Below are positions 1-8,710 of a stretch of 49,306 bases of DNA, in pieces. Source of the stretch: a virus. Every line of letters starts with the position of its first letter. Position 1 is the first letter of the stretch. The DNA lies in the IMG/VR virus record IMGVR_UViG_2654587756_000001; one strand, 5' to 3'. The position numbers were made by a program, and so were the translations under genes. The notes under the pieces were generated by a model that ran no database searches, had not been told where the DNA came from, and was given only the letters and a program-made list of their open reading frames with translations.

Positions 1-1128
1 ATGATTATGGATAAAAAAGACGAGCTAATAGTTAAAAATTTTTGTTATGAACGTGGACTTAAGGATGTTACAATAAAGAGTTACACGACTGCTATTGGAC
101 TTTATTCCCAATTTCATGAGATGCCCTTCCATGAATTATTGGATGAGGCTGAAAGGGAAGAGCAGGAAGGTGTCAAATGGAAACATTCTATGTTGAGGTC
201 TAGACTTCTGGCATTTAGAAATCATTTGCTGGAGAAAGGACATCTTGCTAATACCGTTAAAGGTTATACTAGCAGAGTCCGAACAGTTTATGAAGAAGGA
301 TATGACATTGAAATTGGCAGAATGCCAAAGTTAAATCAGAAAAATGTTAAAAAAGCCACACCTATTTCTTATAATGATTTGCCCGATAAGGAATTGATAA
401 GGCATGTTTTAAAAATGGTTAATCCTTTAATGAAGGCCATTATTTTATTCATGACCAGCAGTGGCTGTGCTAAAAGGGAAACTTTAAATTTGACTATTCA
501 GGATTTTATAGATGCTACCTATGAATACCATCAAAAAAGTGATTTTGATGATGTTCTCGTAGAATTATATGGTAGAGACGATATTGTTCCATCCTGGAGT
601 CTAAGAAGGCAGAAAACCAACAAATATTATACTACTTTTTCAAGTCCGGAGTCTACAGCTGAGATATTGCACTATCTGGTAATAGATGAAAGAGAATTAA
701 CCAATTCATCTAAGCTGTTTAATATCACTTCCACCCATCTTAATAATACGTTTGGAAAAATCAACAATCAGTTAAAGCTGGGTAAAGCAGGTGCATATAA
801 TAAGTTTCGTTCTCATATGTTAAGGAAATTTCATGCCAGTCAATTGTATAATGATGGGCTTAGTATGGATGAAATTGATGAACTTCAGGGACGGGGTAAA
901 GACCAGACCAGAACTTCCTATTTCATGGAAGATCCTTTACGATTAAGAAGTAAGTATATTGAACATTTGGGTGCTCTAACAATTAATGTTGATGTAGAGA
1001 AATTATCTTTTAAATCTCCAGAGTTTATGCAAATTGAAAATGAAAATAAACGTTTAAATGAAGAATTGGATAAACTCAGGAGTGATATATCTATTATCAA
1101 AGAAGCTTTAGGAAATAGTCTTGAATAG
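1..1128 (+). CDS. int: Tyrosine recombinase/integrase
   Basis: N-terminal SAM-like core-binding region, box I-like SSGCAKRE, HMLRKFH (HxxR), LQGR and TSY (catalytic Tyr), C-terminal coiled coil. Confidence 0.9.
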   Translation: MIMDKKDELIVKNFCYERGLKDVTIKSYTTAIGLYSQFHEMPFHELLDEAEREEQEGVKWKHSMLRSRLLAFRNHLLEKGHLANTVKGYTSRVRTVYEEGYDIEIGRMPKLNQKNVKKATPISYNDLPDKELIRHVLKMVNPLMKAIILFMTSSGCAKRETLNLTIQDFIDATYEYHQKSDFDDVLVELYGRDDIVPSWSLRRQKTNKYYTTFSSPESTAEILHYLVIDERELTNSSKLFNITSTHLNNTFGKINNQLKLGKAGAYNKFRSHMLRKFHASQLYNDGLSMDEIDELQGRGKDQTRTSYFMEDPLRLRSKYIEHLGALTINVDVEKLSFKSPEFMQIENENKRLNEELDKLRSDISIIKEALGNSLE

Positions 1129-1279
1129 ATTATTTCCATTTTATACATTTTACTATTTTTTCTTATTTTTTACTGAACACCAATTTTAAAAACATCGGCG
1201 ATTATTTTTTGAGGGTAAACAATTTAATATAAAAACTGTTTTTTCATTGAATATTATTCAAAAAAAGTAAAAGATAAGT

Positions 1280-1287
1280 TTTATATA
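1280..1287 (+). promoter_or_regulatory. Archaeal TATA box with purine-rich BRE-like upstream sequence
   Basis: AAAAGATAAGT-TTTATATA about 26 nt upstream of the 19-bp repeat array. Confidence 0.5.
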
Positions 1288-1312
1288 TTCAAAACACCAA
1301 ATCTATGATTGG

Positions 1313-1388
1313 GTCTTATGAGTGAGGACAATTCTTACGAGTGAGAACAATTCTTATGAGTCGGGACAATTCTTACGAGTGAGAACAA
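1313..1388. repeat. Four tandem 19-bp imperfectly palindromic repeats (operator/iteron-like)
   Basis: gtcttatgagtgaggacaa / ttcttacgagtgagaacaa / ttcttatgagtcgggacaa / ttcttacgagtgagaacaa; units 2 and 4 identical; no spacers. Confidence 0.95.
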
Positions 1389-1873
1389 TTTTTTTTGTAA
1401 GGCTTAAACTATCAATTTAGTGAGGTAAAATATCAATAAAACATGAAAAAAATGTAATGAGAAAAAAGAAGATCTTAAACCATATAAAAAAGGATTATAA
1501 TATTAAAAAAATATTTATATGGAAAACGAGCTAATAAATATTATTTTTTAATATAATCCTAAATTATAGGGCCAGTAAGAAAAATAGAAATAGTAAACAG
1601 AGTCGCCAAACTATGTTAAAATTAATACTTTTCAAAACTTAACCCAATATTTAGTTTATTTTAAAAACTATATAAAGATTTTCAAATTGAAAAAATCAGT
1701 GCTTATCTTATTCTAAATATGTGGTAAAGAATGAAAAATTATTTTTACCGACTCGCTATTTTTACTTTTCATACATTCCTGGCCAATATGATTAAGATTT
1801 TCAAAAATCATTTCTCTCTCAATTACTTACTGAAATAATAATTGGGAGGTGAAAAATATGGGGTCGCCAAAAT

Positions 1874-2047
1874 ATGTATGAACTAAAAAAATCAATAAAC
1901 CAAAGAATACGTAAAGAAACCATTGTTGTCCATAACTTTCAGGCTCTTGAAGAAGCAATTGCTGAAATTTCAGAATCTGAAAATATTAACAATGAAAGAA
2001 AATTCTTTGCTTTATATGAAATAAGGATATCGAAACTGGATTCATAG
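1874..2047 (+). CDS. Small hypothetical protein (57 aa, not in ORF track)
   Basis: MYELKKSINQRIRKE...SKLDS read by hand; GGAGGTGA upstream. Confidence 0.5.
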   Translation: MYELKKSINQRIRKETIVVHNFQALEEAIAEISESENINNERKFFALYEIRISKLDS

Positions 2048-2106
2048 ATTTAATCCATTAGATTGTAGAACTATAATTTTAAAAACATTCAAGGAGTCGC
2101 CAAACT

Positions 2107-2211
2107 ATGTTAGAACAGGATGTAAATGGAGTGCCTCATGTTTTAGTTCCAAAAGAGGTATGGGATAAAATATGGGACGTTTTTGATAGAATTGAAAATG
2201 TGGGTGAATAG
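2107..2211 (+). CDS. Small hypothetical protein (34 aa, not in ORF track)
   Basis: MLEQDVNGVPHVLVPKEVWDKIWDVFDRIENVGE; AAGGAG RBS; stop abuts the next ATG at 2213. Confidence 0.55.
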   Translation: MLEQDVNGVPHVLVPKEVWDKIWDVFDRIENVGE

Positions 2212-2212
2212 A

Positions 2213-2554
2213 ATGAATAGCTATTCCACATTTGTAGATGATTGCATTAATGAGGTTGATCAGATGACATCCTCCATTAATCAATTCGAAGACAATTACC
2301 ATGGCATCTTAACCCACAACGGTGAGATTAAAGTTGCCAAAGGTGATGTAGAACAAAAAATTCTCCACATTGATGATAATGGCACTGTATTAGTTAAAGG
2401 TGCAAAAAGTTCCTACTCTACATTAATACACGCAAAACTGTTGCCATTAATTAATTATGCAACTAAAGGAGATACAGCATTCATCAAATTCAGAAGGGGT
2501 GAAGCTTTTATTGTTGGATTTAGGAAAAAGAAAAGAGTTGATTCACATGTCTAA
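2213..2554 (+). CDS. Hypothetical viral early protein
   Basis: ORF track 2183..2554; ATG at 2213 fits the coupled operon. Confidence 0.65.
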   Translation: MNSYSTFVDDCINEVDQMTSSINQFEDNYHGILTHNGEIKVAKGDVEQKILHIDDNGTVLVKGAKSSYSTLIHAKLLPLINYATKGDTAFIKFRRGEAFIVGFRKKKRVDSHV

Positions 2555-2681
2555 ACCGGCCAGACTATATCCTAAACCAGAACCAGTCAACATTAATCTA
2601 AAATTAATTTTGATTGGAAGTATATTATTTGCTTTAGTATTGGGTTGGATTGGAATTGCAACCAGTTATGGGGGGTTCTAA
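2547..2681 (+). CDS. Small single-TM membrane protein (44 aa)
   Basis: Hydrophobic LILIGSILFALVLGWIGIA; overlaps the upstream stop. Confidence 0.6.
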   Translation: MSKPARLYPKPEPVNINLKLILIGSILFALVLGWIGIATSYGGF

Positions 2682-2715
2682 TAGGAACTCTCCAATCTTT
2701 ATAGGAAGTGAAAAA

Positions 2716-3276
2716 ATGGTAAAAGCAGAAATTATAGAAAATTCAGAAGTCTCTAAAGAAAACGGATTAATAGCTGCAGATAATGTTCCTAATGTTGATG
2801 TGGCTATTGAACAATGGGACGCATATCAAAAACTATGTAAAGGATTATTGAATGAAACGGATTATCAGGAAATCATTGTAAAAGAAAAGGATGAAAACGG
2901 AAACTATATTAAAGTCAAAAGGCACTTTAAAAAGAAATCAGTATGGCAAAAACTCTCACGTGCATTCAATGTCGACACTTCAATTGTAGATCGTGACATT
3001 GAAAGAACCAAAATGGGCAGAGTACGTGAAGCTTATTACTGCGTTAGAGCAACTCTTCCAAATGGACGCAGCGTAGAATCAGACGCTTTATGTTCTCGCT
3101 CAGAAAAAGGAAAAGACAAAGTCTCAGATCACACCATTATGTCCACAGCTAAAACACGTGCAACTAATCGTGCAATAGCTGAACTGATAGGTGCGGGAGA
3201 AGTATCAGCAGAAGAAATGACAGCTGAAAAAGCAGTTGAAAATCAATCAAAATTTTTAAAAGAGGACAATAGCTAA
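2716..3276 (+). CDS. Putative single-strand annealing/recombination protein (Rad52/Sak-like)
   Basis: C-terminal MSTAKTRATNRAIAELIGAGEVSAEEM resembles the conserved helix of viral annealases; lies in the replication module. Confidence 0.45.
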   Translation: MVKAEIIENSEVSKENGLIAADNVPNVDVAIEQWDAYQKLCKGLLNETDYQEIIVKEKDENGNYIKVKRHFKKKSVWQKLSRAFNVDTSIVDRDIERTKMGRVREAYYCVRATLPNGRSVESDALCSRSEKGKDKVSDHTIMSTAKTRATNRAIAELIGAGEVSAEEMTAEKAVENQSKFLKEDNS

Positions 3277-3311
3277 ATCCTCAATTTATATTTTTTTAGG
3301 AGAAGGATAAA

Positions 3312-3812
3312 ATGAGTTTTAATGACAAACAGACTATCTTCACAGGTACACAATTAGATTATGAAGAAATTGTAGAAATTCCGGACGGATATGAAAAAGC
3401 AGAATTGAAAGACTTCGGAGACGGCAAACTATTGGCGGGAAGGCCAGAAATGTCTTCTGTTACTTCTTACACATTTGACGATGATGGGGAAGAAAAAACA
3501 GTCAACAGATTCAAACTATACATCTTTCAGGATGATGAGCAGTTATATATTGAAATCAATGTAAACCTCAAAAACGATGGAGACATTCACAAAAATATCA
3601 GAAAAGGAAGTGTACTATTTGATTTTATTACCAGCATTCTTGAATTGGAAAATGCAGGTTCAGTCGGCAAATCAAACATCATCAAAAACGTTAATCTTAA
3701 AGAGTACCGTGAATTCGTAAACAGATTAGGTGAAATGACGATACAGGTTAAAGAAAAAACTGGAAGCTATGTCTATTACAGTTTCATTGTACGTGATGTC
3801 CAAGTAAAATAA
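3312..3812 (+). CDS. Hypothetical protein, possibly ssDNA-binding
   Basis: Beta-rich, acidic; sits between annealase-like gene and MCM. Function inferred from position only. Confidence 0.3.
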   Translation: MSFNDKQTIFTGTQLDYEEIVEIPDGYEKAELKDFGDGKLLAGRPEMSSVTSYTFDDDGEEKTVNRFKLYIFQDDEQLYIEINVNLKNDGDIHKNIRKGSVLFDFITSILELENAGSVGKSNIIKNVNLKEYREFVNRLGEMTIQVKEKTGSYVYYSFIVRDVQVK

Positions 3813-3836
3813 ACGAATAAATGGAGCAAGCTCAAA

Positions 3837-5807
3837 ATGGCTACCGGTAAAGCACTGTTAAAAAAATACATTAAAGAAACACATAAAAAAGAGATTGACA
3901 AACTCAAATCTCAAAATAAACAGTGTAAAGTCAGTATTGATTATGATGATTTAAATCAATTCCTGATTGATCAATCCGGGAAAGATTTCTGGAAACATAA
4001 AATATATGAGTTCATTAATCAGATGGATGAATATTTCGATACTGGCAACGTTACCTTAAAATTCATAAACGTGCCTGAAAGAGATAACCTCCATGATTTG
4101 GATGCTACATATAACAATGAATGGATAAGCACCAAAGCAATGATTAAAAACATAACTGACGTCCGTGTTGATTTAAAAACTGCCTGTTATCTTTGCAGAG
4201 AATGTGGAAAACGGCACTTCTTGCACATCTCCAACCCCACACAGCAAACAAGGGTTCCACCTTTTTGTGATGGTTGTGGTGCAAGAAGCAAATCCATGAA
4301 TTTTGATAAAGAAACAAGTATTTACAGGAATTATAGATTATTGAAACTTGAAGAACCATTGGAGTTAAGGAGTGGAGGTTCAACAAGAGAATTTAAAGCT
4401 ATTGTTTTAGATTTTCTTGCATCTCCATTCACTAATCTGAAAGTAGGTGATGTTGTTAATGTAACTGGCCTTTTCAAAATTGAACCTAGAAAAATTAAAG
4501 GCCGAAGTGACGGATTTGAGTTCATAATTCATGTTCACAACATTACTCCTGTAGATGATGTTTTTGAAGATTCAAGGATTAGTGAAGAGGACATTAATGA
4601 AATAATCAACCTGTCTAAACAGGATAATGTTTTTGATTTGTTGTGGAGGACTTTAGCTCCTGAAGTTTACGGTCATGAAACTATCAAGAAAGGTTTGATA
4701 CTTCAATTATTTGAAGGAAATAGGCCGATTTCTGATGTGTTCAAATCCGAGAATATGGACAGATGGACAATACATATCCTATTAATTGGCGATCCTGGAA
4801 TCGGAAAAAGCCAGTTAATACAGGCTATGAAAAAACGTGCACCTAAAAACATTACTATAAGCGGAACCAACACATCACAAGCAGGATTAACGGTTTCGAC
4901 CGTAAAAGATGAATTGACCGGAACTTGGACAATGGAAGCCGGTGCAACAGTACTGGCAGATACTGGTGTTTTATGCATTGATGAATATGATAAGCTTTCC
5001 CCTTCAGCACAGAAATCACTTAACGAACCCATGGAACAGTCAAGTGTTTCAAGTGCTAAAGCGGGACTGGTACAAACAATGTCTGCAAGAACATCAATAC
5101 TTGCCGGTGCAAATCCAAAATATGGCAAATTTGACAGATATAAATTATATCGGGACCAATTGGAAATACCAGAATCCAACTTGTCCCGTTTTGATTTGAT
5201 ATTTGCCCTTGAAGATGATGTGGATAAAGAAAAGGATTCTAAACTTGCTGATGCATTGCTTAATAAAGATTTCATCCTTGATGAATCTGAAACAATAGCT
5301 ATTGATCTATTTAAAAAATACATAACATGGATTAAAGCCAACTGCTTTCCAGTATTGAGCAGAGATGCAAAAATACTCCTTAGGGAGTTTTATGTTGATA
5401 CAAGAAAAGTTGCTTCACAGACAAGTGACGGAAAACCCATAACTGCAAGGGATTTAAAGGCTTTGGAGAGATTAACAATAGCTAGAGCAAAATGTGAATT
5501 TCGCTCCGAAGCTACAATCAAAGATGCAATTGAAGCTATTGACATTTACAAAGAAGCATTAAAGGGTTTAGGATTATCATTAGCAACAGCAGGTGAGTTA
5601 TATGGAGTTCATTCACAGGATGAATTAAGTGTTATTTCTGATATGGAAAATATGATTAGAAATAATATCGATATGGAAGGGGGCATGTTATCTTCTGAAT
5701 CATTGAGGCATTTGGAAATTGAATGTGGCATGTTATGTCATGAAAAAGGTATAAATCGAGAGGGGATTTTTGACATTGCATATGAGAATGTGAAAAAAAC
5801 TCTTTAA
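3837..5807 (+). CDS. mcm: MCM replicative helicase
   Basis: Zn finger CRECG...CDGCG, Walker A GDPGIGKSQ, Walker B LCIDEYDK, arginine finger LSRFD, sensor ITARDL. Confidence 0.97.
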   Translation: MATGKALLKKYIKETHKKEIDKLKSQNKQCKVSIDYDDLNQFLIDQSGKDFWKHKIYEFINQMDEYFDTGNVTLKFINVPERDNLHDLDATYNNEWISTKAMIKNITDVRVDLKTACYLCRECGKRHFLHISNPTQQTRVPPFCDGCGARSKSMNFDKETSIYRNYRLLKLEEPLELRSGGSTREFKAIVLDFLASPFTNLKVGDVVNVTGLFKIEPRKIKGRSDGFEFIIHVHNITPVDDVFEDSRISEEDINEIINLSKQDNVFDLLWRTLAPEVYGHETIKKGLILQLFEGNRPISDVFKSENMDRWTIHILLIGDPGIGKSQLIQAMKKRAPKNITISGTNTSQAGLTVSTVKDELTGTWTMEAGATVLADTGVLCIDEYDKLSPSAQKSLNEPMEQSSVSSAKAGLVQTMSARTSILAGANPKYGKFDRYKLYRDQLEIPESNLSRFDLIFALEDDVDKEKDSKLADALLNKDFILDESETIAIDLFKKYITWIKANCFPVLSRDAKILLREFYVDTRKVASQTSDGKPITARDLKALERLTIARAKCEFRSEATIKDAIEAIDIYKEALKGLGLSLATAGELYGVHSQDELSVISDMENMIRNNIDMEGGMLSSESLRHLEIECGMLCHEKGINREGIFDIAYENVKKTL

Positions 5808-5823
5808 GGGAAGTTTTGAAATC

Positions 5824-5856
5824 ATGGTCATATGGTCATTATGCCCATATGGTCAT
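5824..5856. repeat. Four near-tandem ATGnnCAT octamers (operator-like)
   Basis: atggtcat-atggtcat-t-atgcccat-atggtcat, bracketed by ttgaaat...atttcaa inverted repeat. Confidence 0.85.
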
Positions 5857-5917
5857 AATATTTCAAGACCCCTGAAACTTTTTTGAGAATTGAGTATTAA
5901 TAATGGAGGTAAAATGT

Positions 5918-6385
5918 ATGACTAAAAAAAGTTTGAAAGTTAGTATTGAAGAAGAAATTTTAGAAAAAGCAAAAAATCACATACCTAATCTATCTGGTTT
6001 TGTTGAAGAATGTTTAAAACATTACTTGGGTTATGTAAATGGAACATACCCTATAGGAAACATCAATGAAATCACAGACAACATCGGTAAATTACAAGTA
6101 GAACTATTTTTAATCAATCAAAACTTTGATGCTGAAGAAAGTAGATTGGAAGTTGAAAATTTTGAAAAAGATAAGGTCTGGAGATTTCTGTGGAATGATT
6201 ACAGGGTAAGATTAATTCCTGATGATGCATTAATGAAAAAAGCTATTGAAGTATTGAGAATAGATGAAGAAGAATTAGAAGATATTCTTGATTGGGTTTA
6301 TGAAACGGATATTGATGTGGATACTAATTCATGGCAAGAAGTGTTGAAATTATATTGTGAAAACAATGAATTAGTTAATTATTAA
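5918..6385 (+). CDS. Ribbon-helix-helix (CopG/CcdA-like) DNA-binding protein
   Basis: N-terminal KKSLKVSIEEEILEKAK..IPNLSGFVEECL; GGAGGT RBS at 5905. Confidence 0.65.
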   Translation: MTKKSLKVSIEEEILEKAKNHIPNLSGFVEECLKHYLGYVNGTYPIGNINEITDNIGKLQVELFLINQNFDAEESRLEVENFEKDKVWRFLWNDYRVRLIPDDALMKKAIEVLRIDEEELEDILDWVYETDIDVDTNSWQEVLKLYCENNELVNY

Positions 6386-6420
6386 TTTGAAGTTTTATTA
6401 AAAATGATAACATAACAATT

Positions 6421-7596
6421 TTAAGGTTTAAACAGACCAATTTCATCTTTAAATCTATTTTTTATTTCTTCAGTAGTTATTTCATTGTTTTTAAATTTTT
6501 CATATAATTTTAAAAAAGGTATGGTTGTAATAATTAATGTTTCATATTTTTCTTCTGCTTTTTTTATAGTTGTTTTATCAACCTCTTCACGTTCATAAGG
6601 GTTCTTTTTAATAAATGTATTAATAATTAATAAAGGTTTAATTATTTCTTTTATATTATTTTCATCTAAATAATCTTCCCTATCTGTAACATGATCATCT
6701 AATTGTCCAAGATGTCCTTTTTTTACATTACTATTAACACCTTTTATTTCACCAATAAATGTGATATCATTAAATTTTATTAGAAAATCTTCTTTATAAA
6801 CATCTTTAAATTCAGATAAATCGTAATCAAGCATTTCTTCTAACATTTTAAAAACAATTTTTACTAAAGGTTTTCCTTGCTTATACAATATTGATTTGTA
6901 ATAATTATTTTCTTCAAGTTTATTTTCTGCAGTGTTAATTTCTTCTTCTAACAATTGTATTTCTTGTTTTCTTTGTTCAATAAATAATTTTTTTTCTTCA
7001 TCATCAAACATTTCAATTTCATCAAACCAGTTGGGAATATCAATAATATCTTTAGGTTCAATTTCTTTGATAAAATGAATAATATCTCTATTATTTTCTA
7101 AATTTAAAGTTGTATATATTATATTTTTATATTTGATTGTTGTTGCATTATCATTAGTATTTTTAGTGATTATTTCACATGAATTATGATTAATATCTAA
7201 ATAAAAATCAGCACTTAATTCAGCATTATCCATTTTTGTTTTATTTTTTTCAAATATTAATTCAAAAGGAGGTGAATTAAAATATAATTTTAAAAATTTA
7301 TAAATCATATTTAGTTCATCTTTAATTCCTCTCTGCTTGCTATATTTATTTTGGGGTAGTATAACTACAATTTCACTTGAGTAGGGTTTGTTTATACGTG
7401 CTTTTATTGAATAAAAATCATCAGCTTTTTCAAATATATCATATTGATATTTGAATATATTGGGATTATTCAAACAAATTAAGTTATAATCAAATGTATC
7501 AAATGCTTCAAAATGTGTTATTTGATTAATTATTATGTCTGGAAAGTTATCTTTATTGATTGGAGGATATTTTATTAATTGAATTTTTGGAGTCAT
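6421..7596 (-). CDS. PD-(D/E)xK nuclease-domain cargo protein
   Basis: Coiled coil followed by EDFLIKF...IGEIKG..NVKK..LGQL motif; very AT-rich, antisense to viral genes. Confidence 0.55.
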   Translation of the reverse strand: MTPKIQLIKYPPINKDNFPDIIINQITHFEAFDTFDYNLICLNNPNIFKYQYDIFEKADDFYSIKARINKPYSSEIVVILPQNKYSKQRGIKDELNMIYKFLKLYFNSPPFELIFEKNKTKMDNAELSADFYLDINHNSCEIITKNTNDNATTIKYKNIIYTTLNLENNRDIIHFIKEIEPKDIIDIPNWFDEIEMFDDEEKKLFIEQRKQEIQLLEEEINTAENKLEENNYYKSILYKQGKPLVKIVFKMLEEMLDYDLSEFKDVYKEDFLIKFNDITFIGEIKGVNSNVKKGHLGQLDDHVTDREDYLDENNIKEIIKPLLIINTFIKKNPYEREEVDKTTIKKAEEKYETLIITTIPFLKLYEKFKNNEITTEEIKNRFKDEIGLFKP

Positions 7597-7690
7597 ATTT
7601 ATCTATTTATTTTTATATTTTCATTAATCTTTTCACTAAAGTTCAGAATATTTAATTAAAAAATTATTAATCAAAAAAGAAGAAAAAAAT

Positions 7691-7720
7691 GGAAAAACTT
7701 GTCACTTCACCAAGTTTTCC
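7691..7720. terminator. Hairpin downstream of vapBC
   Basis: ggaaaaacttg...caagttttcc inverted repeat. Confidence 0.35.
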
Positions 7721-7739
7721 ATATAAAGAAATATTTATT

Positions 7740-8141
7740 TTAGATACCCTTTACATTAATTCTTTTTTCTCTTGCAAATTCCTTATCAAAAGTAACTAAA
7801 TAATCCAAATTATATTCCATTACTGTTACAATCATGCCAGAATCCGTAAAGCTTAGTTTACCATCAAATTTATTAAATATTTTAATAGTTTTTGAATTAT
7901 AATGGGGTATCGTATGTTCATTTATAATTTTAAAGTTATCTATCATGAAGTAATACATTGTTTCTGCTTTTTCAGCATCCCCTTTTAAATTAACAACATT
8001 AACAACTTCTTCTATTACATTATCTCCAATATAACAATCTTCAGATAATAAGTCTCTAAGTTCTAATGCTTTTTCTTTATTACTATCGTTTTCTAACGCT
8101 AATGCAATTATAAATGAACTGTCGAAATAATATTTTTTCAT
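7740..8141 (-). CDS. vapC: PIN-domain VapC toxin
   Basis: YFDSSFIIAL, EEVV, SFTDS, LVTFDKEF acidic PIN motifs. Confidence 0.9.
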   Translation of the reverse strand: MKKYYFDSSFIIALALENDSNKEKALELRDLLSEDCYIGDNVIEEVVNVVNLKGDAEKAETMYYFMIDNFKIINEHTIPHYNSKTIKIFNKFDGKLSFTDSGMIVTVMEYNLDYLVTFDKEFAREKRINVKGI

Positions 8142-8371
8142 TTCTTATATACCTCTCTTTTTAATTCAACACTATTTGTAACCTCTTTTGTTTTAACAAT
8201 ACCAATTATATCCTCTATATTGACTTTGTTTCTGAAGTTAACTTCTGGTTGCCCATCATCAGTTATTCCCCATTCTACAATAGTTTCATCATTTATATCA
8301 AAAGCTTCTCTCATCTCTTTTGGGATGGATGTTTGGAAGTTTTTATATATTTTTGTATTTGCTACCATCAT
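8138..8371 (-). CDS. vapB: AbrB/MazE-type antitoxin (VapB)
   Basis: QTSIPKEMREAFDI...VEW swapped-hairpin motif; 4-nt overlap with vapC. Confidence 0.85.
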   Translation of the reverse strand: MMVANTKIYKNFQTSIPKEMREAFDINDETIVEWGITDDGQPEVNFRNKVNIEDIIGIVKTKEVTNSVELKREVYKK

Positions 8372-8710
8372 ATTTTTTCACCTCATATCTCACATATCTT
8401 TCATATCATTGCATCTTAAATTAATCATAAAATATTAATCTGTTAAATTATTGCTAAAACATTAAAGTTTACAATAGCGTTGGTTATAATTATAAATTCT
8501 GTTATATATAAATTTATCTGTCAATTAAAAATTTATGATAAAATTAGGATTAACAGAAATTCAAAACTATAAAAAATACATCGAGTTTTAATCTTATTTT
8601 TTATTTATCTTTATTACCAAATTATTTATTACTTATTTTATATAAAAAATATAATAAATATTATAATAAAAGATATATTTCAAGTTAAACATTAATTGGA
8701 AGTGATTATT

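Noticed and set aside
1313-1388. CRISPR, mini-CRISPR or TIGR-like array
   Set aside because: Units are contiguous with no unique spacers, only 19 bp long, and no cas or Nop-domain gene is recognisable.
1613-1642. ORF starting at the first GTCGCCAAACTATG motif
   Set aside because: Only 9 codons (MLKLILFKT); not supportable as a CDS.
4144-5341. Overlapping ORFs inside mcm and similar nested ORFs inside other long genes
   Set aside because: Nested in well-supported genes with no motifs of their own; treated as spurious.
3837-5807. Intein in MCM (also checked terL)
   Set aside because: Lengths are normal and no C/S...HN-C/S/T splice junctions interrupt the motifs.
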